Assembly: GCF_004010195.1 (NCBI RefSeq)
Contig: NC_057719.1
Span: forward strand, 90,812,897 to 90,870,391
Reading direction: 5' to 3'
Origin: Chiloscyllium plagiosum
Lineage: Eukaryota
Length of the DNA stretch: 57,495 bases
A model generated the notes under the pieces. It was not told where the DNA came from, made no database searches, and saw only the letters and a program-made list of their open reading frames with translations. Position numbers and translations under genes: made by a program. Positions 51,700 through 57,495 of the stretch are shown in pieces; position 1 is the first letter of the stretch; every line of letters begins with the position of its first letter.

Positions 51700-51920
51700 G
51701 AGGCAGCTAGTTCAACTTCGGGAGAGATACCAAAACAAACAGCAGGAGCACAAAGAATACAAACACAAGCTGAAGGCATCGGAAGCTTTTTACCAAGGGC
51801 AGGTACAGCAGCAGGAATGCTACATTGAGGAACTGCGAAAACACATCCAAGCAGCCCAGTCGCAGGCAGAACAAGAGCTCAAACACGATCAGGAGCAGCT
51901 CAAACAACAAATTGAGCTAA
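51700..51920 (+). CDS. STARD9: STARD9 exon: coiled coil (RQLVQLRERYQ...QQQECYIEELRKHIQAAQSQAEQELKHDQEQLKQQIEL)
   Basis: tcctcag| and A|gtatgt; 221 nt, phase 2-1; within ORF 51686..51928. Confidence 0.9.
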
Positions 51921-52479
51921 GTATGTAGTCACAATCTTTTCTTTGAAGATGATTCACTCTCAGTAGCAAAAGAACATTCTGATTGTGTACCAGCCAGCAA
52001 ACAAGTTTGCATTTTCCTTTGACATGTTATCACCCAAAACAACTCGTTTCTGCAATGTCAGAACAAGTTTTTAATGTAAAGTGGCAGCTCTTCCTGGTTT
52101 ACTTTGTGTAATTCTTGATGGCTCACAGCTACGAGATGGCGACACAGAGATCTTCTGCTTGTACCCCAGACAACACCTATTTGATAAAACTTATTTATTT
52201 GGGGAAATGTATTTTTTTCTGCACCTGTAGCAGAGAAAAGATAAATGCAAATAGATGAAAATAATTTAAAGAAACTGAATTGATCATTGTAATAAATTGT
52301 TTCTATATTATGTAACTATTTACAATTCTTCTGGGCTATGTCTTGTTTTTGTTATTAGCCATTGCCACCATTATTCCATCACTCTTGGCATATATACTAT
52401 TAGATACCTTGCCTTTTGTTCTCTGACCCTCTCCTGTTTTCCCTTAACACGGTGTCACTCCCAAACTGTTAAACTCCAT

Positions 52480-53046
52480 GTTGGGTCCTGAGGGCAATAA
52501 GGTAGATGAGATGCTGTTCCTCCAGCTTGTGTTAAACCTTGCTGGAGCACTCAGCAGGCCTGAGACAGAAATATTGGCATGGGAACGTAGTGATGTATGC
52601 AAGTGGCAAGCTACTGCAAGCTTTGGTTACTTTTACAGATAGAGCGAAGGTGTTCCAGAAAGCACTTGCCCACTGTGCATTTCTTGTCCCCAGTGTACAT
52701 GTGATCACATTGTGAGCAGTGATTACAGTAGGCAGGACTAACTAAAGTGCAGGCAAATCATTGCTTCATCTGGACAGTGTGTTGTAGCCTTGAATTATGA
52801 CGAGGAGGTGGTAAACAGAGAGAGAAACTGGGAGAATGGAATAGAATCCATACAGAAAATAGAGCATGAGATATATAGTCCAGGTATCTGTGGGAGACAG
52901 TGGATTTGTAGTGGATATTGATGGGGAGAAAGTGAGGTCTACAGATGCTGGAGATCAGAGCTGAAAATGTGTTGCTGGAAAAGCGCAGCAGGTCAGGCAG
53001 CATCTAGGGAACAGGAGAATCGCCGTTTCGGGCATAAGCCCTTCTT
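52480..53046 (-). mobile_element. Penelope-like remnants (decayed GIY-YIG region plus a separate tail copy at ~52926-53046)
   Basis: Minus 'YCNHCSQCDHMYTGD' resembles GIY-YIG; tail matches 30307-30434. Confidence 0.6.
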
Positions 53047-53660
53047 GAAGAAGGCGTTTGGTATGCTTTCCTTTATTGGTCAATGCATTGAATATAGGAG
53101 TTGGAAGGTCATGTTTGAGGCTGTACAGGACATTGGTTAGGGCATGTTTGAAATACTGGTTGCAATTCTGGTCTATCTTCTATAGAAGAGATATTGAACT
53201 TGGAAGGGTTCAGAAACGGTTTACAAAGATGTTTGGGAGTTTCAGCGATAGATAGAGGCTGAATAGGCTGGGGCTTTTTTACCTGGAGTGTCAGAGGCTG
53301 AGGGTGACTGTATAAAATCATTAGGGTCATGAATAGTCAAGGTCTTTTCCCCACGGTAAGAGAGCCCAAAACTAGAGGGGTACAGGTTTAAGGTGAGAGG
53401 GGAAAGATATGAAAGGGATTTCAGGGGCAACTCTTCCATGCAGACGGTGGTGCATGTATGGAATGAGCTGCCAGAGGAAGTGGTGGAGGCTGGTACAATG
53501 ACAACATTTTAAAATGCATCTGTATGTGTATATGAATAGGAAGGGTTTAGAGGGATATGGGTCAAATGCTGGCAAATGGGACTATATCAATTTAGATTTC
53601 TGATTGGCATGGACGAGTTGGACCGAAGGGTCTGTTTCAATGCTGTCCATCTCCGAGTCC
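53047..53660 (+). mobile_element. CR1 LINE 3' fragment
   Basis: Close match to 39695-40335. Confidence 0.85.
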
Positions 53661-53916
53661 ATGCTGCCAATCCTGCTGAGTTTGTCCAGTATCTGTTCTT
53701 GTTTTAGGTTACCAGCATCCCCACTTCTGTGTTCATTTTACTGTTGACTCTTGTTCTCCAGTTGTCTGACTTGCTGAATAATTCCAGCATTCTCTGTGAA
53801 CCCCCCCGCCCCTTCTCTTAATATATTCCCTCTTAATATTTGTTTCATCTCTCCAACATCTGCACTACCATGTTTTTAGCCATGTTAACAGCTGTCTGTT
53901 CTTTTTCTTTTCCCAG

Positions 53917-54448
53917 ACCAGCAATGTCTAGCAAATGAAGAGAGGCGTTTGGAGTCTTTAGCGCAGCACCGCCGTGAGCTGGGGACACAGACAGAGACTG
54001 TAAAGTTCACTGAGTGTGGGGTACAAATCACCCTTCAAAACAAGGAGATTCCTTCCCTTGAGCAAGATAGGAAGCGGCTGGTGCAGCTGGAACTGCTTCA
54101 GAAACACTCACTGAAGAAGGCCGAGCGAAATATCAGCAAGAAAAGAGTCAAATACCAGCTGGAGAGAATTGCCGGGAAGCAAAAACTGTTGGAAGCCAAA
54201 ACCAACCTGCAACACCTGGAGGCTGCAAGCTTACTCAGCAAGGATCAACTCAAGCAGCCAACCGTGGACAAAATGAACACTTTACAAACCAGTCCAAATC
54301 CAAAACTGACAAAGTGGAACAAATCATTCCCTCCATACTCATTACCAGCAACAAAACAATCACCATCTGTTCGTTTACTAGCTAGAAGGCACTCTGATTC
54401 AAATGACCTGGTATCACGCCTGTACCCACAGTATGTCCCAGTTTACAG
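53917..54448 (+). CDS. STARD9: STARD9 exon (NQQCLANEERRLESL...LVQLELLQKHSLKKAERNISKKRVKYQLERIAGKQKLLEAK...PQYVPVY)
   Basis: Long pyrimidine tract plus cccag| and CAG|gtatgt; 532 nt, phase 1-2; 'NQQCL' and 'AERN...K.V..QLERI..KQ.LLEA' match recalled STARD9. Confidence 0.92.
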
Positions 54449-54489
54449 GTATGTATTTCTTGTTCAAAAATGAGTTTGTTTACAACTCA

Positions 54490-55155
54490 TCTTGCAACAT
54501 GTCCATATTAAAGAGGAGGTGGTGCTGGACTGCTTAAGATGCATAAAGGTGGATAAATGCCCGCACTTGATCAGGTGTACCCAAGAACTCTGTGGGAAGC
54601 TAGAGAAGTGATTGCTGGGGCCCTTGCTGAGATACTTGTGTCATCGATAGCCACAGGTGACGTGCTGGAAGACTGGAGGTTGGCTAACCTGGTGCCACTC
54701 TTAAAGAGTTAAGGAAAAGCCAGAGAACTATAGACCGGTGACCCTGACATCAGTGGTGGGCAAGTTGTTGGAAGGAATCCCGAGGGACAAGATTTACATG
54801 TATTTGGAAAGGCAAGGACTGATTAGGGAGAGTCAACATGGCTTTGTGTGAGGGAAATCATGCCTCACAAACTTGATTGAGCTTTGTGAAGAAGTAACGA
54901 TGAGGGAAGAGCAGTGGACCTGATCTATATGGACTTCAGTAAGACTTTTGACAAGATTCCTCATGGTAGACTGATTAACAATGTTAGATCACACAGAATA
55001 CAGGGAGAACTAGCCATTTGGATACAGAACTGGCTCAAAGGTAGAACACAGAGGGTGATGGTGGAGGGATGCTTTTCAGACTGGAGGCCTGTGACTGGAG
55101 TGCCACAAAGATCAGTGCTGGGTCCACTGCTTTTTGTCATTTATGTAAATGATTT
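54490..55155 (+). mobile_element. CR1 LINE internal RT fragment (no 3' tail)
   Basis: ORF 54914..55192 'MDFSKTFDKIPH...GVPQRSVLGPLLF'; close match to 38720-39405. Confidence 0.85.
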
Positions 55156-55274
55156 TGCATCTTTGTACTTAGAAGTCAAATTTAATAAGTAAAAAACATT
55201 TAATGCCGAATAGGCCAGAACGTGAAAGTGCAGTGTCAATTGTAGATTAGTGGTGGCAGGTTTGCCTCTTTAAT

Positions 55275-55470
55275 ACAAGGTTCAAATCCCACCCCAGAGA
55301 TTTAAGTATATGATCTAAGCTGATGCTATGCTACATTACCGAGAGATGCCGATCATCTGTTGTCTTTTGTCATGTATGAGACATTATATCAAGGCTTGTC
55401 TGCTCTACCTAGTGGATGTGAACAAATCCCTGGCAAAACTTTGGAGGAATGGCAGGGAATTCTTCCAGCG
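55275..55470 (+). mobile_element. DeuSINE-like fragment
   Basis: GGTTCAAATCCC B box plus Deu-like 'atgagacatta...gtctgctct...gtggatgt..aaatccctggca'. Confidence 0.5.
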
Positions 55471-55544
55471 GAGTCATACCATTTCTCTTGCTTAGTAATC
55501 CTCCCATGTTTAACACACAAGCTCACTCAAATCTACTGTTTTAG

Positions 55545-57495
55545 CATTCCTCGTTCTGCAACTCCAGAATCATTCCTTGTTCTGCTATTCCGGATTCATT
55601 CCTCGCTCTGCTACTCTGGATTCATTCCTGGCTTTGCTGCTCCTGATTCATCCCTGGCTTTGCTACTCCTGATTCATTCATCGCTCTGCTACTCCAGATT
55701 GATTCCTCGTTCTTTTTTTTAATTAGATTAGATTACTTTACAGTGTGGAAACAGGCCCTTCGGCCCAACAGTCCACACCGACCCGCCGAAGCGCAACCCA
55801 CCCATACCCCTACATTTATCCCTTACCTCACACTACAGACAATTCAGCGTGGCCAATTCACCTGACCTGCACATCTTTGGACTGTGGGAGGAAACCGGAG
55901 CACCCGGAGGAAACCCACGCAGATTCTGCAACTACAGAATCATTCCTCGTTCTGCTATTCCGGATTCAGTCTTGGCTCTGCAACTCTGGATTCATTCCTG
56001 GTTCTGCTACTCCGGATTCATTCTACGCTCTGCTACTCCGGATTCATTCTACGCTCTGTTACTCCGGATTCATTCCTAGCTGTTCTACTCCGGATTCATT
56101 CTACGCTCTGTTACTCCGGATTCATTCCTAGCTGTTCTACTCCGGATTCATTCCTGGCTCTGCTACTCCAGAATCATTCCTGGCTCTGCTACTCCAGAAT
56201 CATTCCTGGCTCGGCTACTCCGGATTCATTCCTGGCTCTGCTACTCCGGATTCATTCCTGGCTCTGCTACTCCTGATTCATTCCTGGCTCTGCTACTCCG
56301 GATTCATTCCTGGCTCTGCTACTCCGGATTCATTCCTCGCTCTGCTACTCCGGATTCATACCTTGCTGTCCTCCTCCGGATTCATTCCTCGCTCTGCTAC
56401 TCCGGATTCATTCCTCGCTCTGCTACTCCGGATTCATTCCTCGTCCTGCTACTCCAGAGTTGTTCCTTGCTCTGCTACTCTGGATTCATTCATCGCTGTG
56501 CTACTCCGGATTCATTCCTCACTCTGCTAGTCCTGATTCATTCCTCACTCTGCTACTCCTGATTCATTCCTCGCACTGCTGCTCCTGATTCATTCCTCAC
56601 TGTTCTACTCCCGATTCATTCCTGGCTGTGTAACTCCTGATTCGTTCTACTCCGCATTCATTCCTCGTTCTGCTACTCCTGACTCATTCCTCGCTGTTCT
56701 ACTCTGGATTCATTCCTCGTTCTGCTACTCCGGATTCGTTCCTCGTTCTGCTACTCCGGATTCGTGCCTCGCTTTGCTACTCCGGATTCATTCCTGACTC
56801 TGCTACTCCAGATTCATTCCTCGTTCTGCTACTCCAGATTCATTCCTGGCTCTGCTACTCCGGATTCATTCCTGGCTGTTCTATCCTGATTCATTCCTCG
56901 TTCTGCAACTTCGGATTCATTCCTGGCTGTGCTACTCCTGATTCATTCCTCATTCTGCTACTCCTGATTTGTTCCTCACTGTTCTACTCCGGATTCATCC
57001 TCGCTCTGCTACTCCGGATTCATTCCTCATTCTGCTACTCCGGATTCATTCCTGGCTGTGTAACTCCTGATTCAGTCCTCGCTATGTAACTCCTGATTAG
57101 TTCCTCACTGTTCTACTCCGCATTCATTCCTCGTTCTGCTATTCCGGATTCATTCCTCGCTCTGCTACTCCGGATTCATTCCTGGCTGTTGTACTCCAGG
57201 TTCATTTCTCGTTTTGCTACTCCTGATTCATTCCTTGTTCCGCGACTCCTGATTCATTCCTCCCTCTGCTACTCCGGATTCATTCCTCCCTCTGCTACTC
57301 CGGATTCATTCATCGTTCTGCTACTCCGGATTCGTCCCTGGCTCTGCTACTCCGGATTCATTCCTTGTTCTGCTACTCCGGATTCATTCCTTGCTCTGCT
57401 ACTCCTGATTCATTCCTCGCTCTGCTACTCCGGATTCATTCCTGGCTGTGCTACTCCGGATTCATTCCTCGCTCTGCTACTCCGGATTCATTCCT
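55545..57495. repeat. 26-bp minisatellite, consensus GCTCTGCTACTCCGGATTCATTCCT(C/G), about 67 units, running off the window edge
   Basis: Tandem units read directly; unit count estimated from length. Confidence 0.95.
55714..55923 (-). mobile_element. 5'-truncated HE1-like SINE inserted into the minisatellite
   Basis: ttagattagattac tail plus 'ggaggaaaccggagcacccggaggaaacccacgcag' core; TTCT on both sides. Confidence 0.85.

Noticed and set aside
55545..57495. CRISPR array or repeat-protein gene (ORFs 55360-56276)
   Set aside because: Units are contiguous with no unique spacers and no cas genes. The ORFs exist only because the 26-mer consensus has no + strand stop codon.
323..57495. Remaining short six-frame ORFs as novel genes
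   Set aside because: They overlap repeats or the antisense strand of exons and lack splice or coding signatures.

Overview
Eukaryotic (vertebrate) genomic DNA. The repeat families (CR1/HER1-type LINEs, HE1-like tRNA SINEs, DeuSINE, Penelope) point to a cartilaginous fish, probably a shark; this is an inference. The whole window lies inside one + strand gene, the kinesin-3 family member STARD9 (KIF16A). I found 11 GT-AG coding exons (542..54448, 1615 nt) that splice in a consistent phase and encode the end of the motor domain, the neck coil, the FHA domain and downstream coiled coils. The introns are packed with CR1, L2, RTE and Penelope-like retroelements and SINEs. There is a 500-N gap, and a ~2 kb 26-bp minisatellite runs to the right edge. 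The most notable hidden layer is a set of about ten minimal type-I hammerhead ribozyme motifs in the tails of several Penelope-like families. Two have intact cores, helix I co-varies between families, and several sit in hairpin-shaped insertions with target-site duplications. Other candidates are a 37-nt frameshifting exon bracketed by inverted Penelope copies and an intronic X-box/CCAAT promoter-like patch. No prokaryotic features (CRISPR, operons) are present.
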